The notes under the pieces: model-generated
Databases searched by the model: none
What the model was told of the DNA's origin: nothing
The model's input: only the letters and a program-made list of their open reading frames with translations
In this document: piece by piece, positions 26,454 to 35,510 of the stretch
Layout: each line of letters opens with the position of its first letter
How positions within the stretch are numbered: the first letter of the stretch is position 1
Program-made: the position numbers and the translations under genes
IMG/VR virus record: IMGVR_UViG_3300033067_000119
Span: 1-42,280 of that record
Reading direction: 5' to 3' (one strand)
Length of the DNA stretch: 42,280 nt
DNA from: a virus
Taxonomy: Duplodnaviria; Caudoviricetes

Positions 26454-28436
26454 TTATCGAATAGGACAGGCTCCAGTCGCACAATCCTCACCCTGGATCT
26501 CATCCAAGCTGTTCGCCTGGTCGATCTCTAGGGGTTGAATGAACGAGCTGTACTTATCAAACGCTTCCTTGGTCACGACCTCCTGGGGGAGGTACTTGTA
26601 ACCCAGGTCCTTAGCTGTCTTTGTGGGATCAGCGCGGAACAGGAAGCTCACACCAACGTACACATTCCAGTTCTCAAGCAACCAGTCGATGATGGCCGGA
26701 ACCTCATCCACTGAGTACGAGATCGTGGCTGACACGTTCTGCTGGCACCAGTTCTCCATGAGCATCTTGTAACGCTCAAGCTGACCAACGGCTGACTCAA
26801 GGTTCACCTCCATCTCGATGCCATCCTTGACGAACTTGTCGAATGGCACACCTTCCCAGCTCACAGGGAATGTGATCAGGACTGACTCGGTGTCGGTAGG
26901 GTTATCGAATACACGATAGCCAGCAGCACGACATAGAGGGACGAGAGGATCATGCTTAGAGAAATTGACATTGTTGAAGACATACTTGCCTAGCGGCTTG
27001 TGAACACCTTCAGTGGTGTCCATAATCTTCGATAGTGTCCCACTGGGCTTGATGGTCGTGACGTTCTTCGGGCGCGGTAACCCAAACTCGTCAGCCATGC
27101 TGTAAGCTCCCGAAGTAGCTGTTCTCTGCAGTTCGGTATAGTCATAAGGACCCAAGTCTGGTCGCCGCACGATACCCGTAAGGCCCACCCCGCAGAGGCG
27201 TAGGAACTCGTTGTTGAGATGCCAAGCCTCTTGGAGGATACCATCTCGGAGATCAACACAGGTTTGCCGGTAGTTAGCTCGTGCCGCAATATGGATTGCA
27301 CGTCGGAGACCGGAAGAATCGCCTTTGAATTTTCCAACATCAACTTCAGTTAAGTTACAGAATGACTTGTTGCCGAGTAAGATCTCAGCACATGGATTGC
27401 ATCCCTTAAACCAGGGTGCTCGCTTGGTTGCTGTCTGGGCGTTGATGAACCCAGGTTCGGAACCACCCGCCTCTACCATCAGGTCGAAGATGTGCTCTAA
27501 GTCCTGGCGGAGGGGTTTGCTCTTGAAAAGCAGGGAGTTGTTTGACTGGGCACGTTGGATGTTGGACACCCACCAGTCCTTCTTGGCTACTGCGAACTCT
27601 TGCCACTCATCCTCACCATAGGTGAACAGAGCAATCTCCGCAGAGCGTCGGGAGCTGAGTACAGTGCCGAGCCAATTGACAATATCAAGTATGTCAATAC
27701 GACTAAGCAGGCTCCCAGCGCGGCGATTGAGGATGTGAAAAATTGATTCATATGCTTTTGCGATTGCGCCATCACCAGAAGAGATCCAGCCGTAACCCTT
27801 GAGGCGTTCACCTGCAGGGCGGATCTGAGAGAAGTCGAGGACCAGCTTGTCGGCAGCATGGGGATGCGCCATCAGCTTACCTACAGACTTGGCCCAGGCC
27901 TCGGCTGAGTCACCTACTTGGATGGTCCAGGTTTTGGTTTGCGGGTCGAAGGTTTCCTTGTTCGCTTCGCTGCCACCTTTTTCGGTGCGCTCAGAGCGGA
28001 TGACTTCGAGCTGACCAATCGGCTTGCGGAAGCCAGTGAGCTGGCCAACCACAGGAGAGAAGCCAACACCACAGCCCTGAAGCAGGAGCCACAGGATGTC
28101 CACGCAGTCTTGAACAGTTTCAACATTTGTAAATGAGCAGTTAAATTGAGAAGCCTCACGCTTCTTTGCTACGTCAGTACCACCCAACCATAGGGTACGC
28201 CCTGACATGAGGACCTTGCGTTCCAGCATGAGGGTGCGGAGTTCGTTCAGCTCGTCCATATCTACCGTGGCTGAACCGGCTCGCTGCCATAACCACAACT
28301 GGTGGTCTATGACTCGGGCTACGGTCTGCTCCCAGGTCTCGAAGGTCTTGCCTGAGTCATCTAGGGGGCGGTTGTATGTACGGCGGGTAATTAACTGAGC
28401 ACGTAGGGAAGGATTATCGATTGTCGCCTGAGCCAC
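26454..28436 (-). CDS. nrdJ: class II (AdoCbl-dependent) ribonucleotide reductase
   Basis: FNCSF, GCGVGF, NPCAEI, TTIKPSGT and C-terminal CATGACP; no beta-subunit gene seen. Confidence 0.9.
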   Translation of the reverse strand: MAQATIDNPSLRAQLITRRTYNRPLDDSGKTFETWEQTVARVIDHQLWLWQRAGSATVDMDELNELRTLMLERKVLMSGRTLWLGGTDVAKKREASQFNCSFTNVETVQDCVDILWLLLQGCGVGFSPVVGQLTGFRKPIGQLEVIRSERTEKGGSEANKETFDPQTKTWTIQVGDSAEAWAKSVGKLMAHPHAADKLVLDFSQIRPAGERLKGYGWISSGDGAIAKAYESIFHILNRRAGSLLSRIDILDIVNWLGTVLSSRRSAEIALFTYGEDEWQEFAVAKKDWWVSNIQRAQSNNSLLFKSKPLRQDLEHIFDLMVEAGGSEPGFINAQTATKRAPWFKGCNPCAEILLGNKSFCNLTEVDVGKFKGDSSGLRRAIHIAARANYRQTCVDLRDGILQEAWHLNNEFLRLCGVGLTGIVRRPDLGPYDYTELQRTATSGAYSMADEFGLPRPKNVTTIKPSGTLSKIMDTTEGVHKPLGKYVFNNVNFSKHDPLVPLCRAAGYRVFDNPTDTESVLITFPVSWEGVPFDKFVKDGIEMEVNLESAVGQLERYKMLMENWCQQNVSATISYSVDEVPAIIDWLLENWNVYVGVSFLFRADPTKTAKDLGYKYLPQEVVTKEAFDKYSSFIQPLEIDQANSLDEIQGEDCATGACPIR

Positions 28437-28728
28437 TTATTGTTCCTTTGGCCTTGCGGCTAGATAGTTTTTGAATGTTACGAATGGCAATAGTCTCAAG
28501 GTCAATGAGATTATCTTCAGCAATCGCAGCGACACACCAGAGGATGTCTCCGAGTTCCTTTGTGAGGTTCTCTTTGTAGTCCACTAAGTTGTATCCATCA
28601 CGACGACCCTTGGCTTCGAGGGATAGGAGTTCACCTACCTCCCCTGCTAGGTTCATCATGGCGTAGATGTCATCGGCTGTACTGAGCCGAAAGCTCATGG
28701 CTTCATTTTGATACTGGGTAAAGTTCAT
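28414..28728 (-). CDS. MazG-like nucleotide pyrophosphohydrolase
   Basis: LAGEVGE, KELGDILW, NIQKLSSR and GSGDNR; start reset to MNFTQYQ. Confidence 0.88.
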   Translation of the reverse strand: MNFTQYQNEAMSFRLSTADDIYAMMNLAGEVGELLSLEAKGRRDGYNLVDYKENLTKELGDILWCVAAIAEDNLIDLETIAIRNIQKLSSRKAKGTISGSGDNR

Positions 28729-29050
28729 CGTATTTCTCAATGATGTATTCGAGGTAGTGGATAGCTTTAGCCAGGTCCTCTTCCTTGTTCTTGCCTTTGT
28801 GACGCAGGACATACTTGATAATGTTACCTTCCCAGTAGTTGAGATCCCAGGCACGGATGATGTCCCATGGCTGGATGGCATTGAAGTAATGCTCACCACC
28901 AACCTGCTTGTGCTGCTTAGAGCCATCGGTCACACCGGAAGCAACAGACTTCTGGCAAGCCTTCCATGCTTCCTCCTCCTCGGTGGTGCTCTCAAGGATC
29001 TGAGTTGTCATTGGGCGGTGGCTAAAGAATTTGTGCAAGTCGGGGTCCAT
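28703..29050 (-). CDS. DUF3310 / gp1.7-like protein
   Basis: QVGGEHY, GNIIKYVLR and EDLAKAIHYLE motifs. Confidence 0.85.
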   Translation of the reverse strand: MDPDLHKFFSHRPMTTQILESTTEEEEAWKACQKSVASGVTDGSKQHKQVGGEHYFNAIQPWDIIRAWDLNYWEGNIIKYVLRHKGKNKEEDLAKAIHYLEYIIEKYDELYPVSK

Positions 29051-29820
29051 AGTATTACTTTCTTGTTCAGATAATCATAGTCGTCGTGACGGAGGATACG
29101 AGAGACACGGGCCTGAACCAGTGCTTCCTCCTCACCAAAGCCAGCCTTATCGTAGGCGGCGACAACGTGCTTCCAATAGATCTCTCGGAGCTGAGCAGGG
29201 TTGGCCCATGGGGTGCCCTCCTCCAGCGCCTTCTGGATGATCTTCTCGGCTGTCTTAGGGCCACAGCCTGGGCATCCAGCATAGCCGTCAGTGGTGTCAC
29301 CGGTCAGCGTCTGGATCATGTGCCACTTGTCAGCTTCGTGCTCAGAGATCTCAAAGAACTCATCGGTCTTGAAGTTGTAGTGCTTGCCAGGGATCGTCTT
29401 GAAGTCCTTGTCGATGGAGCAGAGGATCAGCTCGCGGACAGGCTCCAACTTGGAGGGCTGTGTCAGCCAGATACCCAGGGCATCGTCACCCTCTAGGCCA
29501 GGCATAGTGATGCACTTGTAGTTCTCCTCAGCGATCTCCTTGAGGAAACGCAGGAGCATGGGCTTACGCACACCAGAGCGGTTGCTCTTGTAGGTAGGCA
29601 GCACACCCTTCCTCCAATTGTCTCGATCAGAGAACATCAGGTAGAAGTCGTCAGCCTTGGTCTTCTCAACGATGGTGTTGAGGATTGTGTTGAAGGCCCT
29701 GATCGCATCGGGTTCGAAGGCGTGGAGGGTCCACATACCATCGCCCCAGTCAAAGGACTGTTCGGAAACGATTGCTGCCTGGTAAGCCAGGATGTCAGCA
29801 TCTATGAGAGCAACGCGCAT
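29008..29820 (-). CDS. 5'-3' exonuclease (gp6-like)
   Basis: LIDAD, YKSNR, LEGDD, DKD and GDTTDGYAGCPG motifs. Confidence 0.93.
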   Translation of the reverse strand: MRVALIDADILAYQAAIVSEQSFDWGDGMWTLHAFEPDAIRAFNTILNTIVEKTKADDFYLMFSDRDNWRKGVLPTYKSNRSGVRKPMLLRFLKEIAEENYKCITMPGLEGDDALGIWLTQPSKLEPVRELILCSIDKDFKTIPGKHYNFKTDEFFEISEHEADKWHMIQTLTGDTTDGYAGCPGCGPKTAEKIIQKALEEGTPWANPAQLREIYWKHVVAAYDKAGFGEEEALVQARVSRILRHDDYDYLNKKVILWTPTCTNSLATAQ

Positions 29821-30476
29821 ACTTTTTCTTTCTTCTCGTGGTGCATGAGGAATTCCCACGAGGTGGGGTAGAGGTTCGCTAGGTTGTCTGAGATGTACTC
29901 AGCTACCTCTCGTGTTTCTTTCTGGGTGTGGCTGTCAAGTCGTAGCTGACACATACGTGCCCAGGCGTACAGGGTTCCGGTCCAGATCCACTCTGTCTGG
30001 GTGTTCTGAGGGAGAACCATACGAGCCTGCTCAGGACAGACACCGGCCTTCAGCATGTAGTGGTACGTGCTCAGGGCCTGGCTGCAGGACACACGGGCTG
30101 GGTCAGCGAGGAACAGCACGGAGGTATCACTGCTGCCCTGCTTGACGTTCTCTGCTCGTGCTCGCCACTCAGCGGGGAAATAGAACTCGGGTTCATTGTC
30201 CACGTAGCGACGGCTCACCTCGTTCCAGGAGAAACCCACGGTGTGCTTCACCAACTGGCGAGCAACAAAGATGGGAGCCTTCACACGGAACGTCACTGAG
30301 CAATGAGCGAACGGGGACCAGTGGTTGTGCTGAGCGAGGTACTTGATGAGGCCGCGGTCTGTCCGGTGGTCGAACTCCTCGTGTTCCTTATCGAAGCTGA
30401 CTCGTGCAGCGTTCACCACAGTGAGGTCGCTCCCCATGTGGTCCATATATTCGACAGCAATGTCAGTGATGTTCAT
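29802..30476 (-). CDS. thyX: flavin-dependent thymidylate synthase
   Basis: VVNAARVSF, HWSPF, NEVSRRY and EQARMVLP motifs. Confidence 0.95.
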   Translation of the reverse strand: MNITDIAVEYMDHMGSDLTVVNAARVSFDKEHEEFDHRTDRGLIKYLAQHNHWSPFAHCSVTFRVKAPIFVARQLVKHTVGFSWNEVSRRYVDNEPEFYFPAEWRARAENVKQGSSDTSVLFLADPARVSCSQALSTYHYMLKAGVCPEQARMVLPQNTQTEWIWTGTLYAWARMCQLRLDSHTQKETREVAEYISDNLANLYPTSWEFLMHHEKKEKVCALLS

Positions 30477-30478
30477 GT

Positions 30479-30826
30479 TTAAAGTACCAAGTGTTGTGGG
30501 TTCTGAATTGACTGGAAATATTTGAGGAGCTTAGGGTTATCCATGATAACTCCCATCATGCCAGAGGCCATGCGGCGAACCACCACCTCTTCATCGGCTC
30601 CACCCATGGAGATACTCATGCAGTACCAGACCGCATGGAAGATCTCATGGAGTAAGGTGTCTGCTTCTTCCACTGGGTGCTGACCATCTTTGATGATGAT
30701 GACGCACTGGTGGTTGTTACACAGCCCTAGGTTCTCGGTGCCAAGCAATGAGTCGTCTTCATAGATGACAACATAGTTGCGGCCCATGACTCGCACTGCA
30801 TCAGGTCGCAGCTTTTCATGTTTCAT
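30479..30826 (-). CDS. small HExxH metallopeptidase-like phage protein
   Basis: TLLHEIFHA followed by EEVVV. Confidence 0.7.
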   Translation of the reverse strand: MKHEKLRPDAVRVMGRNYVVIYEDDSLLGTENLGLCNNHQCVIIIKDGQHPVEEADTLLHEIFHAVWYCMSISMGGADEEVVVRRMASGMMGVIMDNPKLLKYFQSIQNPQHLVL

Positions 30827-31035
30827 AAATAACCTTCTTCACGAAGGAGGCCCAGACCCTCTTCCGTTATTCGCCAGATACGCCCGTAGGAATGGGGAGC
30901 GTCTTTAGTTGTGATCAACCCAAGGCTGGCCAGAGCAGCAATCTCCTGGTCGAACTCTCTTGCGATGTTCGATTGGAGGGAGATGCCCTGGCGGTAGGCC
31001 GTGAGGAGGATCTGATTGAATGAGCTTCGATTCAT
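30823..31035 (-). CDS. small hypothetical protein (winged-helix-like)
   Basis: Coupled to the polymerase stop; LASLGLITT...WRITEEG. Confidence 0.65.
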   Translation of the reverse strand: MNRSSFNQILLTAYRQGISLQSNIAREFDQEIAALASLGLITTKDAPHSYGRIWRITEEGLGLLREEGYL

Positions 31036-32816
31036 CAATGGGTGTCTGCCCACGTCTTGCCGATCTTGGATTCACCGGCAGTGGGGCAGCGGAAGTTAAA
31101 GTGTTGGCCAGCTAGGAGTACACAGTTGGTTGCAATTTCTGCAACCTTCCGAGCAGTCTCTTCGGTACGGCAAGCGATCTGCACCTCGTCATGTGACCAG
31201 GCACAGAAACAGTAGTCCCCATCCCAGCCATGCTTGAAGTGCTTCTGCAGCTCAGCCTCTAGGAACACAAGCCACTGCTTACACACCAAAGCACCAGCAC
31301 CCTGCAATAGGGTGTTCAGTGCAGCGTGTGAGCTACGAACATGTATTGCTCGTCCGTCAAGTCCAATGAGGTAACCGCGTTTTGCAGCAGCTCCAACGGC
31401 TTCGACCAACTTTCCGAGGGCAGGCAATGAACGTAGAAACTTGGATTTGAGCTGCTTACCGTGGGTCGCATTTCCACCAACAATGGACCCGATCTTCGCG
31501 TCCCCAGCACCATACAAGAATGCGTAGATGAAGGTCTTTGCTTGGTTTCTGGTCTCCAGTCCAGCAGCTTTCTGATTTTCTGTGTGAATGTCTCCACTTA
31601 AAAGTACCTCAGCGTATTTGCCACCGTCCCACTTGGCCATGAAGTGAGCAAGGCAGCGGAGTTCTAGGCCACTAGCATCTGCCCCAACCAAGTGCCAACC
31701 ATCAGGCACAGTAAAAAGGCTACGACACTCAAGCCCATAAGGAGAGCTAGAAGCAGGCACTTGAGACATATTCGGATAACTGTGAGTAGCACGTCCAGTA
31801 ACTGCTCCGTTCGGGTTAATAGATCCATGAATCTTTCCGTTCTTTTCACACTTCATCCATGCCTGCCCACCCTCATTGAGTTGAGAGATGCGCTTCTGGA
31901 CGAGTAGATACTCAGTCAATTGTTTGCAGGGTTCGTACTTCAGTTTGCTCAGGACAACTTCATCCACCATGGGTTTGCCACCCTCAGTGAAATCCTTGGG
32001 CTTCCATCCGTAGAGGGTGATGAGCCGGTCAGCGATGTGGTCACGGGACGAGGGGTTGAACTCGATCACCTTGACCTTCTTGACGGGCACACCCTTGGTG
32101 TAGCCTAGGGTCTTGTTGTTGACCTTCGGAATGAAGTCGGGGAGCTGTACCTCCCAGGAGCCAAAGTACTCCTTGAGTTCCCTCTCCAGCTCCCCACGGC
32201 GTTGGACCAAGCGAGACAGCAGCTCAGCAGCCTTAGGCACGTCAAAGCAAAAGCCGTTACGCTCCTGCTGTGCCATGAGCCATGCCACCTGGTGCTCTAG
32301 GTCCAGAGCCTGTTGGGAATAGTTCTTATCTACGATCTTCTGGTAGAGCTGGGCTGTGACCTCCACGTCCTGGACGCAGTAGTCGAGCATCTCCTGAGAG
32401 AACGTCTCCCAGCCACCATCGTAGTCACCCTTGTAGTTGCCGAGGCGGTAGCCCCAGGCAGCCAGTGAGTGTGACCCAAAGAGTTTCCCTGGGAGTTTCT
32501 CCTGCTTGAGGAGAACGTTGTCAGTGTCTTTGATGTTTGCCCAGATCAGTCGCGTGGCAACCAATGTGTCGAAGACCTTGTCCTGGTTGAATTTAACACC
32601 AGGGTACAGCTTCTCAATAACAGGAATGTCGTACTTGATAATGTTGTGCCCAACGATGGGACCATTAGACCAAAGGAGTGACTCAATCCCCTCCTCCATG
32701 TTCTCTGCTGTGAACGTCTTAACGATCCCTGTCTCAGTCCACTTCATCACCAAACAATGTATCTTGCTTACTTCATCCAGCAATCCATCTGTTTCCAAAT
32801 CGAATATAAGTGCCAC
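31035..32816 (-). CDS. family A DNA polymerase (T7 gp5-like)
   Basis: FDLETDG exonuclease motif, DASGLELR, AKTFIYAFLYG and HDE. GTG start at 32816 after AAGGGA. Confidence 0.96.
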   Translation of the reverse strand: MALIFDLETDGLLDEVSKIHCLVMKWTETGIVKTFTAENMEEGIESLLWSNGPIVGHNIIKYDIPVIEKLYPGVKFNQDKVFDTLVATRLIWANIKDTDNVLLKQEKLPGKLFGSHSLAAWGYRLGNYKGDYDGGWETFSQEMLDYCVQDVEVTAQLYQKIVDKNYSQQALDLEHQVAWLMAQQERNGFCFDVPKAAELLSRLVQRRGELERELKEYFGSWEVQLPDFIPKVNNKTLGYTKGVPVKKVKVIEFNPSSRDHIADRLITLYGWKPKDFTEGGKPMVDEVVLSKLKYEPCKQLTEYLLVQKRISQLNEGGQAWMKCEKNGKIHGSINPNGAVTGRATHSYPNMSQVPASSSPYGLECRSLFTVPDGWHLVGADASGLELRCLAHFMAKWDGGKYAEVLLSGDIHTENQKAAGLETRNQAKTFIYAFLYGAGDAKIGSIVGGNATHGKQLKSKFLRSLPALGKLVEAVGAAAKRGYLIGLDGRAIHVRSSHAALNTLLQGAGALVCKQWLVFLEAELQKHFKHGWDGDYCFCAWSHDEVQIACRTEETARKVAEIATNCVLLAGQHFNFRCPTAGESKIGKTWADTH

Positions 32817-32846
32817 GCTGTCCCTTTCGACGTGCGGTAAATAGGT

Positions 32847-32970
32847 GGGGTGGTCGGTGCTGATCCCCGAACAGTTGGAATCGCATGCTTGAGTTCTTGA
32901 ACCCGCTTCACTTTGCGGCGGCTGGAAACACCAGTTACAAGCATTGCGCATCAGCCTGCGCATTCACCCC
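32847..32970 (-). ncRNA. candidate structured, tRNA-shaped non-coding RNA
   Basis: GGGGTG/CACCCC closing stem with TGCGCA/TGCGCA, ATGCTTG/CAAGCAT and TCGG/CCGA arms; loops GCTGA and TCAGC are complementary. Confidence 0.6.
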
Positions 32971-32977
32971 GTAATCT

Positions 32978-33178
32978 TTACTTCTTCAGGACGTAGCGAG
33001 CGTAACGCTGGCCAGTCACTGGGTGCTTCTTGTGCTGGGTCTCGATGTTGTGACCCATGGCCTTCAGCTCGCTGATACGTTTAGTCAAAGACTGGATGGA
33101 ATAATCCACCAATGCTTCACGCTGCGAAATGCTCTTGGCCTTCTTGAAATGTGCGAGGAGAATCTGATTCTGTGTCAT
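32978..33178 (-). CDS. small winged helix-turn-helix protein
   Basis: SISQREA...SLTKRISELK..GHNI...YARY pattern. Confidence 0.75.
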   Translation of the reverse strand: MTQNQILLAHFKKAKSISQREALVDYSIQSLTKRISELKAMGHNIETQHKKHPVTGQRYARYVLKK

Positions 33179-33412
33179 TTAAAACTTCCAAGTGATAGCT
33201 TTGACGGCCCACATCTGAGCAGTCTGGATCTCGGTGATAGCCACGGAAGCCATACGCTTGATCTCAGGGTTGTCAGTTGAATTGCGAAGATCGTGCATCT
33301 GATCAATTAGGACAGCACAAGTGCGCTTCGCTACGTCCACAGCATTGTCGTTGCTGGGATTGAAGGTGAGGCCAACGGCCTTCTCACCAAATGTCATTTC
33401 TTTTTCTACCAT
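33179..33412 (-). CDS. Acb2/Tad1-like helical-hairpin protein (putative signalling-nucleotide sponge)
   Basis: RMASVAITEIQTAQMWAVKAIT resembles the R-x-S-x-A-I-T-x-x-(E/Q)-x-A-x-M-W C-terminal helix of the family. Confidence 0.65.
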   Translation of the reverse strand: MVEKEMTFGEKAVGLTFNPSNDNAVDVAKRTCAVLIDQMHDLRNSTDNPEIKRMASVAITEIQTAQMWAVKAITWKF

Positions 33413-35019
33413 TAAAACTCCGAGTTAGTTTCATCTTTGAAATCACCAGTAGTCTCCGAGAGACGACCAGTGTCACGACTATACAAAAGGCAACCCGCCT
33501 CCCCTGTCTCACCACTAAAGCGGTTCTTCAGGACACGCAGAGTTGTCACGTTGGGGTTGTCACCCTGTTGGTTGCGCTCCAGGCCAATGACCATGTCACT
33601 GAGCTGAGCGATCGAGTGTGAGCCACGGAGCTGAGACAGTGATGTCTTGGCTCCTTCCTCATGCCCCTTGCCATCCGAAGGACGCTTGAGGTGTGACACG
33701 AGGAACATGCCTACGCCGGTCTCTTCGACCAGGGTACGGAGCATTGTCATAGCATTGTCGATGAGTCGTCTTTCGTCACCATCGCCCAGGCCAGAGACCA
33801 CGATGCTGAGGTGATCGAGGATAATCCAAGAGCAACCGCAACCCTTTGCAAGGAAGCGGACTCTGGAAATGAGATTGTCAATATCAGAAGAACCAAAGTG
33901 GTTGTAAAGATATACACGACCAGTGCCCAGAGTGGCAGCGAAAGCGCCACGTAGATCTTCTTCACTTACTCCCTCTCTGCTGAGGTGCAGGGGTTTGCTG
34001 AGTTCAATGCCCATGAGACCAAGAGCTGTACGCTTAGGGTTCTCTTCGAGCATGATCATGCCGACTGTCTCACCGGCCTTGATCAGGTGGTGAGCAACCT
34101 CACGAACGATGGCTGACTTACCAACACCGGAGCCTGCCGTCATCGTCACCAGCTCACCCTTACGGGCACCGTGTGTGATGGTGTTCAGGGCTTCCCATGG
34201 GTAGGCCACGGAGGGGATGACCTCTGTGCTGGACACCTGGTCCCAGAGGTCCTCACCAGCGAGGATGCCATCAGGGCGATAGGCCTTGGCATTCCACATG
34301 GCAGAGACGATGGCCTCAGGCTGCCCCTTCTGGAGGCACTCGTTGGCATCCTTGAAGGGGAGCGTGGCGATCTTCGCCTTGCCTGCCTCGAAGAGTTCAA
34401 CGCACTCAGCCATGGCCTTCTTGCCAGGCTCGTCCTGGTCGAACATGAAGATCACTTCCTCAAACTGGTTGAGGTACTCCAGGTTCTTCTGAACAGCCTT
34501 CTTGGCCCCTTGTGCCCCGTTAGGGACGGAGACCACAGGCCACTTGTTGCCCTGCACCTGACTCACGGTCAGGCAGTCGATCTCACCCTCAGTGACAACG
34601 ATCTTCTTCCCGCTATTCCACAGGTTCGCTCCGAAGAGTTGGGCTGTGGAGATGTTCCCCAGGACCGAGAAGTCCTTGTTCGGGGTACGGATCTTTTGGG
34701 CAATAAGGGTTCCACTCGCATCGTAGTACGGGGCAATCTGGACAGTGCGCCCTTGGAACTCTCCAACCTGGTAGCCAAATTTCCTGCAGGTGTCCTCTCG
34801 GATACCTCTCTTGATCAGGTCCTGGTATGACCCTGAGATCAATCCTCGTTCCTTCTTTTTCGATTCCGCAGGTACTTCTGAACAACTACCGTCTCCTTTG
34901 ACGTGCGTGTTGCAGGCAAAACAAAATTGATGTTGGTCGCTATACAAACTATTTGCATCAGACGAACCACAGTTCTCACAAGGTATGTGTCGTAGGAATG
35001 TACTTTCGTCTTTGTCCAT
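33412..35019 (-). CDS. primase-helicase (gp4-like)
   Basis: CxxC zinc finger, EGEID TOPRIM, GSGVGKS Walker A, DHL and LRGS motifs. Confidence 0.97.
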   Translation of the reverse strand: MDKDESTFLRHIPCENCGSSDANSLYSDQHQFCFACNTHVKGDGSCSEVPAESKKKERGLISGSYQDLIKRGIREDTCRKFGYQVGEFQGRTVQIAPYYDASGTLIAQKIRTPNKDFSVLGNISTAQLFGANLWNSGKKIVVTEGEIDCLTVSQVQGNKWPVVSVPNGAQGAKKAVQKNLEYLNQFEEVIFMFDQDEPGKKAMAECVELFEAGKAKIATLPFKDANECLQKGQPEAIVSAMWNAKAYRPDGILAGEDLWDQVSSTEVIPSVAYPWEALNTITHGARKGELVTMTAGSGVGKSAIVREVAHHLIKAGETVGMIMLEENPKRTALGLMGIELSKPLHLSREGVSEEDLRGAFAATLGTGRVYLYNHFGSSDIDNLISRVRFLAKGCGCSWIILDHLSIVVSGLGDGDERRLIDNAMTMLRTLVEETGVGMFLVSHLKRPSDGKGHEEGAKTSLSQLRGSHSIAQLSDMVIGLERNQQGDNPNVTTLRVLKNRFSGETGEAGCLLYSRDTGRLSETTGDFKDETNSEF

Positions 35020-35038
35020 AGAATCCTTAGGTTAGTTA

Positions 35039-35056
35039 TCCAATTGTGCAACCATT
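35039..35056 (-). promoter_or_regulatory. candidate phage RNAP promoter
   Basis: AATGGTTGCACAATTGGA upstream of the primase gene. Confidence 0.7.
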
Positions 35057-35510
35057 ACTGGAAGCCGTTCTCATGTGCCCACTTGCTTGCATCGAAGCAG
35101 GGACATTCCTTGTGAACGTTAGGGAACTCTCGGTGACCCTGAATGTGGGCCTTCGGGTACTTCGCCTTGAGCTTCGTCAGGAGGGTCTTGAGGGCAGCCC
35201 ACTGGGCAGGGGTGAAGTTGTCCTGTGCGATCTTGGGATCGTCAGCACTGACACCACCGACCATGCAGATGCCGAGAGAGTGGGCGTTCCAGTTCTCCAC
35301 ATGGGCACCAATGGTCGCCTCTTCGCGTCCCTCTTCCACCGTGCCATCACGCTTGATGACATAGTGGTAGCCGATGCACTTCCATCCCTTGGCTCGATGC
35401 CACTTGTCGATGTCTGCTGCACCAATGTTCTGCTTGGGACCAGTGGCAGAGCAGTGAATTGCAATATAGTCCGTGCTGTCACGGACCTTAGTATTAGCTT
35501 TGTAAACCAT
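35055..35510 (-). CDS. N-acetylmuramoyl-L-alanine amidase (T7 lysozyme gp3.5-like)
   Basis: IHCSAT, IGYHY, GAH, GHRE and KECPCFD motifs. Confidence 0.95.
   Translation of the reverse strand: MVYKANTKVRDSTDYIAIHCSATGPKQNIGAADIDKWHRAKGWKCIGYHYVIKRDGTVEEGREEATIGAHVENWNAHSLGICMVGGVSADDPKIAQDNFTPAQWAALKTLLTKLKAKYPKAHIQGHREFPNVHKECPCFDASKWAHENGFQ

Noticed and set aside
32817-32963. N-terminal extension of DNA polymerase
   Set aside because: T7-type polymerases begin at the FDxETxG exonuclease motif, a GTG with RBS lies at 32816, and the upstream DNA is better explained as structured RNA.
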